Shown one piece after another: positions 1 through 8,422 of a stretch of 64,000 nt of DNA. The number at the start of each line of letters is the position of its first letter. The stretch's first letter is position 1. Below the pieces are notes generated by a model that saw only the letters and a list, made by a program, of their open reading frames with translations, did not search any database and was not told the origin of the DNA. The stretch covers positions 32,001 through 96,000 of the IMG/VR virus record IMGVR_UViG_3300012344_000001. One strand, written 5' to 3'. This DNA is from a virus (taxonomy: Duplodnaviria; Caudoviricetes). A program made the translations under genes and the position numbers.

Positions 1-98
1 CGAATGGTGTTTAATTCGCAACCATCTAAATTCTTGAGCCTTGGGTCATTCTTTATCAGGTTGTTGGCTTTGTAAACTTCAAGAAAGCTTGTAGCCAT
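1..98 (-). CDS. partial head-module protein (5' end; runs off window)
   Basis: ATG at 98 with GGAGGTG SD; MATSFLEVYKANNLIKNDPRL open to window edge. Confidence 0.6.
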   Translation of the reverse strand, partial: MATSFLEVYKANNLIKNDPRLKNLDGCELNTI

Positions 99-121
99 TA
101 CACACCTCCGTTCTAAACATT

Positions 122-739
122 TTAGCCAATGACAGAAATCATCGCCTTGTACAGACGAGTCGCCATATCAATTTCCATGTTGAAATACTTTTCAATCACC
201 TTGCGGTTTTCGTATTTCATATTACCGAACGCGCCATTCATATTCATAATGACAATCTTATAGAAAAGCGCATTGACCACATCGGACTGGAACTTCTTAG
301 AAGTAGAATCGTCAAAATAGTCAAGAAGCTGCTTTTCGGTGCCATTGCAGACAATGTCAACAAGCTTTTCATCACTCATATCAACACGCGAACGAATACC
401 AAAGTTTTCATATTCGACAGGGTCAACAAAATAAATAATGTTGTTTGCAAGCAACTGCCTGTTGGTGTTGCTTTTCAGCAGAATATTCATATCTTCGGAA
501 GAAATCGAAATAACGTCGCCAAACTTGATATCAATTTCGATATCACCAGAAGCAGAAGTCAGCGTAACGCCCATACAGGCATTGCAACCTACTTCAACAT
601 TCCTACGACCATCCTTGTTAGAAGAAACCTTCCGGCGAAGACTTTCGTTCTCCGCCAGAAGGGTTTCGTTCATCTTAATCACAGCGTCAAGCTTTGCAAG
701 GATGTCGCTATCAACAGTAGACTTCACAGTATTAGCCAT
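122..739 (-). CDS. hypothetical virion-module protein downstream of capsid gene
   Basis: ORF MANTVKS..., GAGGT SD, position in head module. Confidence 0.6.
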   Translation of the reverse strand: MANTVKSTVDSDILAKLDAVIKMNETLLAENESLRRKVSSNKDGRRNVEVGCNACMGVTLTSASGDIEIDIKFGDVISISSEDMNILLKSNTNRQLLANNIIYFVDPVEYENFGIRSRVDMSDEKLVDIVCNGTEKQLLDYFDDSTSKKFQSDVVNALFYKIVIMNMNGAFGNMKYENRKVIEKYFNMEIDMATRLYKAMISVIG

Positions 740-774
740 TTCATAAAACCTCAATTCTAAAAGTGTAGTCTAAA

Positions 775-1896
775 TTAGACCTTCTGAATACCGAAGTGCG
801 CCTGAGTAGCAATAGCGGCGTCGAACGCCATGAAATACTGATACTCGCGACGATTGATGCTGTTGTTGGAAGCGGGGGTATTCATGACGCGGATGTAGTT
901 TTCGCGAACCAGCTTCACGGGCTTGTCGCCAACATCGGGCATCAGGAAAATCTTGTCGTTGGGAACCAGCATGTTGACATTACCATCAGCATCACCAAGC
1001 GGCGCGGAACCGTCGGTAGCCTGATTCAGAACAACGTGAGGAATACCATAGGCGACAGGCAGGAAGCCAAGACGAAGAACTTCGTCCTGAGAAGCGAAGC
1101 CGTAGCCGGTGGTAGCGGTAGCACCCATCTTGTTAAGGGCGGGAAGCGTACCATAAGCCTTAACACCAGCATTGTTCAGAGCCTGAAGATAGGAAATGGT
1201 CAGGGTGTAGTTGTTGGCATTGAAGGTGGAACGATACAGCGGGGTGTTGGTGATAAGGTCGGTATTGGCGACCAGACCAACGCACAGCTTGTACTGCGCA
1301 TAAAGCAAAGACATAACGACGCGGGCACTTTCCTTACCCATGTCAATGTCACCCTTCAGCATACGGATAACGTCGATGGCGGAACCGGTGCTGTAAACCT
1401 TCGGGGTAACAGTGATGGCGGTCTTCGCAACACCCTCAAGGAAGGTGACATTGCTCATGTAGCTGTTACGCTGCGCAATGGGCAGACCCTTGGTCTCAAT
1501 GTCATAGGTCAGAGAACCACCGATGTCAACAGTATCGACATTGGCGAAAACGTTCATAGCCTGCGAATCGGTCTTGACCATGATACCAAGCAGAGATTCG
1601 GTAAAGATGGCGTTATACATAGACTCAAAGGTGGGATTATCGAAAGCATTCAGGATGTGACGAGTCTCGGTAATCTCGGAAATGCCAGCCTTGGCGCCAC
1701 AGTAAGAAAGAATAGCCTTGCGGGTTTCATCATTCTTCTGATTGTAGGCAGCAGAGTCATAGGAGAACTTGGTGACAAGACCGCTGGAAGCGTAGTCACG
1801 CGACATCGCAGAAAGACCCAGTTCGGTCAGATTGTCGATGATATTCTTGGCGTCGACATCCTTAGAGATGCCAGCGAAATAACGAAGTTCGTTCAT
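775..1896 (-). CDS. major capsid protein (probable)
   Basis: 373 aa, strongly biased codons, strong SD, synteny portal-protease/scaffold-decoration-capsid as in SPbeta-like phages. Confidence 0.7.
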   Translation of the reverse strand: MNELRYFAGISKDVDAKNIIDNLTELGLSAMSRDYASSGLVTKFSYDSAAYNQKNDETRKAILSYCGAKAGISEITETRHILNAFDNPTFESMYNAIFTESLLGIMVKTDSQAMNVFANVDTVDIGGSLTYDIETKGLPIAQRNSYMSNVTFLEGVAKTAITVTPKVYSTGSAIDVIRMLKGDIDMGKESARVVMSLLYAQYKLCVGLVANTDLITNTPLYRSTFNANNYTLTISYLQALNNAGVKAYGTLPALNKMGATATTGYGFASQDEVLRLGFLPVAYGIPHVVLNQATDGSAPLGDADGNVNMLVPNDKIFLMPDVGDKPVKLVRENYIRVMNTPASNNSINRREYQYFMAFDAAIATQAHFGIQKV

Positions 1897-1918
1897 TATA
1901 GTGAATCCCCCTTTCTAA

Positions 1919-4201
1919 TTAGTCAACAACGGTCGCGACAACCGTGTCGATGAACTGGTAGCCGAACATACCGCCCATGCGGAAATGCTTCTGCGCCAGC
2001 ATCATAAGAGCAGACTTGGTGGTAGCAGTACGGGTCGCAGCAACCTTACCGGTATAAGCGCCGTCAACGGGCTCAATGTAGCTACCAGCAGCGAAAGCGC
2101 CGTCAATAACGTCAGTAGACAGTTCGAAATCAAGACCAGGAACCAGCATGATAGCAGTCACGACCTCGCCAGCCTGATAAACATACTGGGTGTAGTCGGG
2201 CCGACCCTCGGGACGACGACCGTCGGGAAGAGTCTCAAAACCGTCATTGATGATGATAGCCGCACGCAGACCAAGGTCGGCGGTAGCAGGCTGGGAACCA
2301 GTGTAGACCTGATAGTTGTCGGCGATGCTGGAATCAAGCGCCTTCAGCATGACGATATCGCCAGCGTGCAGGGTCTTGCCAGTGGGGACAGAAACCTTCT
2401 TGACAAGGTAATCAGGAACGCGAGGATTAGTCGCGCGGCAAAGATAATTCCGTTGTGTTAGTCAAACTAACTTACTGCTTCATCGAGCTCTTTTTCGCAA
2501 AAGCTACTAAAGTCTTACAGCCCTTCACAGCATAGAGGTGCAACGACACCTTTAGACTGCAATCTTTTAACTTAGATTGCATATCTACTCAGGTTGATAG
2601 CAGCATTGTAATCACGGTCGATTGTAAAGCCACACACTTCACATTCGTACACGCGGTCGCCAAGTTTCAAGCTTTGCTTTATGTTTCCACAGCAAGAACA
2701 AGTCTTACTGCTTGGATAGAAACGGTCAGCTTGAACAAATTCAATCCCGCGCCATTCGCATTTATATCGCATCTGTCTGACAAATTCATGAAAACACTGT
2801 TCCTTAATTGCCACACCCAAATGCTTATTTTTCATCATGTCGACAACATCTAAGTCTTCCATTACCACCCTTGCCGGTAGTTTAGTAACCAAAAAATGCG
2901 TCGCTTGGTGAATATAATTCATGCGAATATTTGAAACGCGTGCATACAACTTACGAAGTTTTGCTTCTTCTTTCATAATATTATTCGTCTTTACAAACTT
3001 GTTCCCAACTCTGTTCTGTTCATATTTGCGCGAAATTGAACGCTGTATACGAACTATTTCCTTCTTCAACTTGCGTATCCGACAAGATTTGTTAATATTA
3101 TGAAATACGATTTGGTCTTCGTTAAATTCTGCCACCGCTAAATCTTTCAATCCAAGGTCTATGCCCATGCTTACATCCGTTAATTTAAGTGCTTGATTTT
3201 CGCACATCATGCCAAAGGACAGCATCCACTTACCATTCTTATTTGATATTCGTGGGTTTGTGAACTTGTGTCCTTTCCCCAAAGGCAATTCAAAGTCTGT
3301 TTTATAACGAACCTTACCAATTTTTTCTATTGAAACTTTCATATCTGAAAACCAGATATTTTCACGAATTGGAAATCTTAGCCCGTTCGACTTTCGACTT
3401 TTGAACTTTGGGTAACCGGATTTTTTATTAAAGAAATTTTGGTATGCTTTATCAAGGTCAAGACATATATAGCTAAGGCTTTTATTAGAAACGTCATATA
3501 ACCAATCGTGCAGACCATCGTTCTTTAATGGTTTAAGTAAGCTTATCATTGAAAATCCAGACAGATATTTCCCGCCATTTTTATACAGTTCTTGCTGGTA
3601 TGCCAACATATAGTTCCAGACGAACCTACAAGCACCCGCATGGCTTAACATCTTCTGTTCTTGTTCTTTTGTTGGGTATAACCTTATCTTATAAGATTTA
3701 ATATACATCGTTATCACCTCCTCTTATTAGTTATAAGAGGAGACGGTGGGAACATACCCCACCATGCTTCTTCTCCTTTATCGGGTCGCTACCCCGTGAC
3801 ACTCCGTTTCGGAGTCTTTGCCTTTCGGCAAAGCGCAGACTATATCTTCATCCTTTCGGATGCCCACCACAGTCTTCGCCAATCGCTTGCGAAGCACTTA
3901 GTCGTTGAACCTTCTGCATTTTGCATTATAGCATATTTTACAACGCTTGTCAATACTTTAGTTGTAAATATTTTATGAACAAAATACAGCTTGGCTGCTG
4001 ATTGCCCATTACGGGAAGCGTTTAGGGTTTAACCTTGCGCCATCCGGTATATTTTTTCTACTTTCGTCGCCATCACGCTTAGGATTTAACCTTACGTTGT
4101 GGCTATACCGGCTTTAGGGGTTTCCAGCAATTCAATGGGTATTTTTATCGAACACATTTCTGTGAACGTGACCTATCGAACACGATGGTTCATTAAGCCA
4201 T
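1919..4201 (-). CDS. capsid-associated (decoration/stabilising-like) protein, spliced: exon1 4201-4196 (ATG GCT), exon2 2449-1919
   Basis: GAAAGGA SD before ATG GCT followed by in-frame TAA; removing 4195-2450 gives in-frame MA|NYLCRATNPRVPDYLVKK... continuous with ORF 1919..2350. Confidence 0.8.
2450..2571 (-). ncRNA. putative TnpB omegaRNA scaffold (3' part), coincident with intron 3' end
   Basis: Non-coding segment after tnpB stop ending ...GATGAAGCAGTAAG...ACAACGG; inferred from known tnpB locus architecture. Confidence 0.55.
2572..3708 (-). CDS. tnpB: RNA-guided endonuclease TnpB (intron-encoded)
   Basis: KSYKIRLYPT N-terminus, RuvC GIDLG / VMEDL / DRDYNAAIN, CSCCG..CEVCG Zn ribbon; all catalytic residues present. 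Confidence 0.95.
   Translation of the reverse strand: MYIKSYKIRLYPTKEQEQKMLSHAGACRFVWNYMLAYQQELYKNGGKYLSGFSMISLLKPLKNDGLHDWLYDVSNKSLSYICLDLDKAYQNFFNKKSGYPKFKSRKSNGLRFPIRENIWFSDMKVSIEKIGKVRYKTDFELPLGKGHKFTNPRISNKNGKWMLSFGMMCENQALKLTDVSMGIDLGLKDLAVAEFNEDQIVFHNINKSCRIRKLKKEIVRIQRSISRKYEQNRVGNKFVKTNNIMKEEAKLRKLYARVSNIRMNYIHQATHFLVTKLPARVVMEDLDVVDMMKNKHLGVAIKEQCFHEFVRQMRYKCEWRGIEFVQADRFYPSSKTCSCCGNIKQSLKLGDRVYECEVCGFTIDRDYNAAINLSRYAI
3925..3953 (-). promoter_or_regulatory. sigmaA consensus promoter inside the intron, upstream of tnpB
   Basis: TTGACA-17 nt-TATAAT with extended TG. Confidence 0.8.
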
Positions 4202-4225
4202 AATAATTCAACATCCTTTCTTTAA

Positions 4226-6061
4226 TTAGCGTACAATAGTATTGTACTTCTTAGCAATCTTAGCAAGTTCGCTATCGTTGCTTTCAGAACCGGCAAAACC
4301 GGTATTAACGCCCGGAAGACCATACGAGAACTTAAATTCGTTCTGCGCAGCCATCTCGGCGAATTCCATAGCGCATTTCGCAATGGCGTTGTCCATTTCT
4401 TCGCAAGTGCAAGTTTCCGCAAGCTTCTTCAGTTCGGCAATCTTTTCCTCGCTGAAGCACTTAGCGTACTTCTCAACGGAAGCCATGTTCTTGGCGCAAA
4501 CTTCCTTCTTTTCGTACTCGGCAAGAGCCGCGCACTTTTCTTCAAGTTCGGCACACTTGGCATCAAGCTCTGCACACTTAGCATCATAGTCAGCGCACTT
4601 CGCATCCAGTTCAGCGCACTTGCCATCAAGGTCAGCCTGAAGACCAGCGCACTTTTCTTCTGCCGCTGCACAAGCTTCCTCGGAGGCCGTCAGACTGGCA
4701 CACTTTTCGTCGAATTCAGCACACTTCGCAGTATACTGTTCCTCAAGCTCTGCATACTTCTGCTCAAAGTTTTCCATAGACAGACCAAGTTCGCGATAGT
4801 GACGTTCAAGATGCTTCTTAACGTCGCCACTTACAATTCCCATCTGAGATGCACGGGCAAAAGCAGCCTTAACGCCAGCCACATTAAGAACAAGCTTACC
4901 GTCCTTCACCTGATGGTGGGGATACTTCAGTTTTTCGCTTGGGGCATCTTTGTATCCATCTTCAACAACAAGATACGCTTCTTTCACAAGACTTTCGGCG
5001 TTACTTGCTTCAAGAAGCTTGCCGTAAAGCGCTTTGCCGGGATTATCCCAAGAAGTGCCTTCAACAGCCGCTTCCTTATCGTTGTCGATAGTAATGTTCA
5101 CTTCGCGATTTCCTCCTTCTTCAGAATTATTTATTGCTACGGCAGAACCGTTGCAAACAATAGAATTGACCCATTCACGACCAGCTTCGCCACCATACAT
5201 ATTATATAAAATGTATTTGCCGGTGGGCGGCGTGCTTTCTTTGACGGGTTCAGGGTTGGCGGCGAAGTATTCCTTCATTTCGTCAATGGAACCTTCATAC
5301 ATAGCGCCAATTTCGCAGTTGTTTCTAAGGCTGTTGTATACAACCTTGTTTCCACCACGATTAGCTTCTTGCCGCATTTCAATACCATGCTTCATAATGT
5401 CAAGAACATTTTCTGGAATTTCGTAAGCCTTCTGTGAAGCAAAACAGAAATACTTATCATTAGATTCCTTGGCATAGTCGTCATAGGAAAATCTAAGGGA
5501 CTTCAGTCTGGCGCCCTGCATGATTTCCCTAAACTTTTCACCAAGCGCGGTAATGGCGGTAATGTTGAATCTTTTAAGCTTCAACGCGCCATCTTCAAGC
5601 TGTTCCGCATCCTTAATAGCAAATTCAACAGAAACCTTAACATCGCCATCACGACGTTTCAGGATTTCAGCAACGTGCGGCAGAAGATTCTTCCACACAA
5701 CAACGTTGATTCGAAGATACTGCTTGCCGTCGCGTTCAACAAGCTTTGCGTCTTTTAAGCCACTTTCAGGGACACAGCCAAAAGGAAGAATACGGTCGCG
5801 CGTAATGCGGTCGGGATATTCTTCACGGAAATGTTCCATAAAGTCATTGTGTTCACCATCAAGCGGATTCCACTTGTTATCAATTACGCCATACAGCGGC
5901 TTATTAGCAAAGCTGGGAAGCGATTCCCAAACACAATCTTCGTCAATGATACATTCATTAGGATTCCAACCAGTATGAAGTGCATCAAGTTCAAAAACAG
6001 ACACATAAGGGTCTTCGTACAATAACTTCATATAGTCAACTTCATGGGTGAAGTTATCCAT
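4226..6061 (-). CDS. prohead protease / scaffold fusion (probable)
   Basis: N-terminal phage head protease-like region (KVSVEF...ITALG), C-terminal coiled-coil heptads; between portal and capsid genes. Confidence 0.65.
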   Translation of the reverse strand: MDNFTHEVDYMKLLYEDPYVSVFELDALHTGWNPNECIIDEDCVWESLPSFANKPLYGVIDNKWNPLDGEHNDFMEHFREEYPDRITRDRILPFGCVPESGLKDAKLVERDGKQYLRINVVVWKNLLPHVAEILKRRDGDVKVSVEFAIKDAEQLEDGALKLKRFNITAITALGEKFREIMQGARLKSLRFSYDDYAKESNDKYFCFASQKAYEIPENVLDIMKHGIEMRQEANRGGNKVVYNSLRNNCEIGAMYEGSIDEMKEYFAANPEPVKESTPPTGKYILYNMYGGEAGREWVNSIVCNGSAVAINNSEEGGNREVNITIDNDKEAAVEGTSWDNPGKALYGKLLEASNAESLVKEAYLVVEDGYKDAPSEKLKYPHHQVKDGKLVLNVAGVKAAFARASQMGIVSGDVKKHLERHYRELGLSMENFEQKYAELEEQYTAKCAEFDEKCASLTASEEACAAAEEKCAGLQADLDGKCAELDAKCADYDAKCAELDAKCAELEEKCAALAEYEKKEVCAKNMASVEKYAKCFSEEKIAELKKLAETCTCEEMDNAIAKCAMEFAEMAAQNEFKFSYGLPGVNTGFAGSESNDSELAKIAKKYNTIVR

Positions 6062-6293
6062 TTTGAACACCCCCAGTCGGTTTATTCATAGTCCAAACGT
6101 CAAGCAGCTTCTGAAGCCTGTCGGTAAGAATAAAAACCCAAACCACACGGTCTGTCTTAGACGAACGATACGAATACACGTATTCAATTCCGTTTTCAGT
6201 CAAGAACGCCTTCTGGTTCGGGCTTCCGCACCGATAAAACTTGAACTTTTCCGAAAGTTCGCCAATGTTTTCAATCCTCATAGCACCCACCAA
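6054..6293 (-). CDS. small hypothetical protein (DUF5659-like)
   Basis: 79 aa FYRCGSPNQKAFL...VWVF pattern. Confidence 0.5.
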   Translation of the reverse strand: MVGAMRIENIGELSEKFKFYRCGSPNQKAFLTENGIEYVYSYRSSKTDRVVWVFILTDRLQKLLDVWTMNKPTGGVQNG

Positions 6294-6772
6294 TCCTGCG
6301 CCTGCGCGTCCATATCGTAAAGGTGGTTGCCATACTGCTTCTTCTTATCAACAAGAAGAATGGCGTTGGCTACATATTTGGAATATTCGCGGGAAATCGG
6401 CGTCAAAAGGTCGTAGACGTTATGATTGCCCGCGTCTTTTGCGTCAAGCTTCACCTTTTGCAAGAAATCGTTCGTTTCAAGCGTCCATTCGTAAAGCTGA
6501 TTGATAAGCGAATCAACGTCTTCGTAGTCTTCGTTTGCGCCTTCAACGCCAAGATAATTGACGTCATAGTTGAAGTTTTCTTCAATATCATTCACTTGGT
6601 CTGCCAGAAGCGGATATGCGTGTGCAAGCTGGTGATGTACCAGTTCTGCAAGTTTCGGCATAGCAAACTTAACATTAAGAACAGACTTCATTCTGTCAAG
6701 CTTCTTGTTCATCCAAAAGAACTTCTGACCAAGCTGATCGAGTTCAATTTTGACTTCATTTGAAATAAGCAT
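6278..6772 (-). CDS. ferritin-like helical protein
   Basis: 164 aa helical protein with HHQLAH..LAD motif. Confidence 0.5.
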   Translation of the reverse strand: MLISNEVKIELDQLGQKFFWMNKKLDRMKSVLNVKFAMPKLAELVHHQLAHAYPLLADQVNDIEENFNYDVNYLGVEGANEDYEDVDSLINQLYEWTLETNDFLQKVKLDAKDAGNHNVYDLLTPISREYSKYVANAILLVDKKKQYGNHLYDMDAQAQDWWVL

Positions 6773-6787
6773 TATACATCACCACCT

Positions 6788-8407
6788 TTATTCACCAGCA
6801 TCAATAGATTCGTCGCGCGATTCAGAGCGCTTGCTATCAATTTCTTCCTTCGGTCTGCCGCCTTCGTTGGAACTCATTGTGCTGCCAAGCTGCAACGGCT
6901 TCATCTTATCCTTGATGTTCGTAAGGAAGTTTTCGATAATGTATTCGTTTTCGATTTCGAAAGGTTCAAAACCATAATGCGACATTACATAAGAAATGGG
7001 CGCGTTAGCACCAGAAAGCATCTTCAAAACGCGGTCTTGTTCTTCGTCTTCGTACAGCTTGTTGCCGTGGAACTTAACAACCCAGTCAAACTGCGTACCG
7101 CATTCAATACGGATAAGCCAGTTGACAAGATTCTGCGCGCCTGCATACATGCCATTGCTGGCATAGGCAAACAACGCACCAGTCGCAAGCTTCAGCGCAG
7201 CAGCAGATTTCTGATCAGAATTGAACAGCGCGTTAGGAATACCGGAATAGTCATAGAACGACTTGTTCGAAATGTTTTCCAGCCCTTCCATGACGCTTGT
7301 CTGGTCTGCATTGATGGGCGCTTCGGTATCAAACGGGCTTGCGAATGCAACGAAGTTTTCAGGAAGAACGCTTCTGATACTATCAATGATAGAAGACGCT
7401 TCTTTGTAGGTAATCTGCATCTTGCCCGTCGTGCTATCCGTAGGAATCTTAAAGGCAAGCACGCGCCAAAGGTCTACAACCGCTTTCTGTTTAATCAAAT
7501 CACGATAGCCGATTGCGTCAAGCGCAACACCGGCAGCACCAACCATAGGCGGAACCTTAATCGGGCGATTTACGTCAAACAGGAAACACCAGCCGTCATA
7601 CGGCGACACCGGCATATACTGATAGGGTGCAATCGCAGCGCGCGAATATTTGTGACTTGCCACCAGTTCTTCACGTTTTCTGCAAAACGCTTCGTATGCC
7701 GCCCACAGTTCGGGAACTTGCGTCTGCTGGAAAGCAAACCTATCAAAATAGGTCAAGTCAATAGAAAACAGGTAGCCGAATGTCCACGGCGCCGTAATAT
7801 AGCAGAATTCAGACGGAAGGTCAATCATGTCAAATGTGTCGCGCGTTCTATTGAACCACACAAATGCCACGCCGTCCTTACACGCCTTGTTATCAATCTT
7901 GCGAATCTGATATGGAATGTTCAGCTTCCGAAGGAAACTAAGAACCTTGTTGTAGCTTGCCCTGAATTCAGGCGACTTCGCCTTTTCCGCAAGGTTGGGC
8001 GTTGCACAACGCAAATCATAGTGATATGACTTGATGTCTGACAACAGGCTTGCCGCCCTGCCATACTGCAAGTTCGCGTTTTCAAGATAGTGTGAAAGCA
8101 GTCTAAGGTTTTCTGCATTCTGTTCTGGGTGCTGAAGCCAATCTTGAAGATTATCACTTGTCGCAGAACCAGACGTGAACGCAAGGTTTTGCATTAAACT
8201 TTCGCTGAAAATGGGATTATAGATACCTTTTTCAGAAAGGGAATATGCAACTGCTTCAAGGTCTTTAATATTAGTGCTGATTTTGTTCGCGAAATACATC
8301 GACCCACGGTCACTTCGCATGAAGTCACAGAACTGCTGAATTGATTCAAGCTGTTCTGGCGTTGCGTTTTTGCGCGGTCGACCACGCGAACGCTTTTCAT
8401 CTGCCAA
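6788..8407 (-). CDS. portal protein
   Basis: 539 aa directly downstream of terminase; C-terminal GGRP motif typical of SPbeta-like portals. Confidence 0.75.
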   Translation of the reverse strand: MADEKRSRGRPRKNATPEQLESIQQFCDFMRSDRGSMYFANKISTNIKDLEAVAYSLSEKGIYNPIFSESLMQNLAFTSGSATSDNLQDWLQHPEQNAENLRLLSHYLENANLQYGRAASLLSDIKSYHYDLRCATPNLAEKAKSPEFRASYNKVLSFLRKLNIPYQIRKIDNKACKDGVAFVWFNRTRDTFDMIDLPSEFCYITAPWTFGYLFSIDLTYFDRFAFQQTQVPELWAAYEAFCRKREELVASHKYSRAAIAPYQYMPVSPYDGWCFLFDVNRPIKVPPMVGAAGVALDAIGYRDLIKQKAVVDLWRVLAFKIPTDSTTGKMQITYKEASSIIDSIRSVLPENFVAFASPFDTEAPINADQTSVMEGLENISNKSFYDYSGIPNALFNSDQKSAAALKLATGALFAYASNGMYAGAQNLVNWLIRIECGTQFDWVVKFHGNKLYEDEEQDRVLKMLSGANAPISYVMSHYGFEPFEIENEYIIENFLTNIKDKMKPLQLGSTMSSNEGGRPKEEIDSKRSESRDESIDAGE

Positions 8408-8422
8408 GCAGATTCACCCCTT

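Larger units (their letters stand above)
2450..4195 (-). mobile_element. group I intron carrying tnpB (IStron-like, no tnpA)
   Basis: Core motifs on minus strand: P GAATTGCTGGAAA, Q AATCAGCAG, R GTTCAACGACTA, S AAGATATAGTC; P1 UGGCU|UA pairs with UAGGUCA with a U.G pair at the splice site; terminal G at 2450 (ACAACGG|AAT). Confidence 0.9.

Noticed and set aside
796-2461. 385-aa and 158-aa plus-strand ORFs
   Set aside because: Antisense shadows of the highly biased capsid-module genes.
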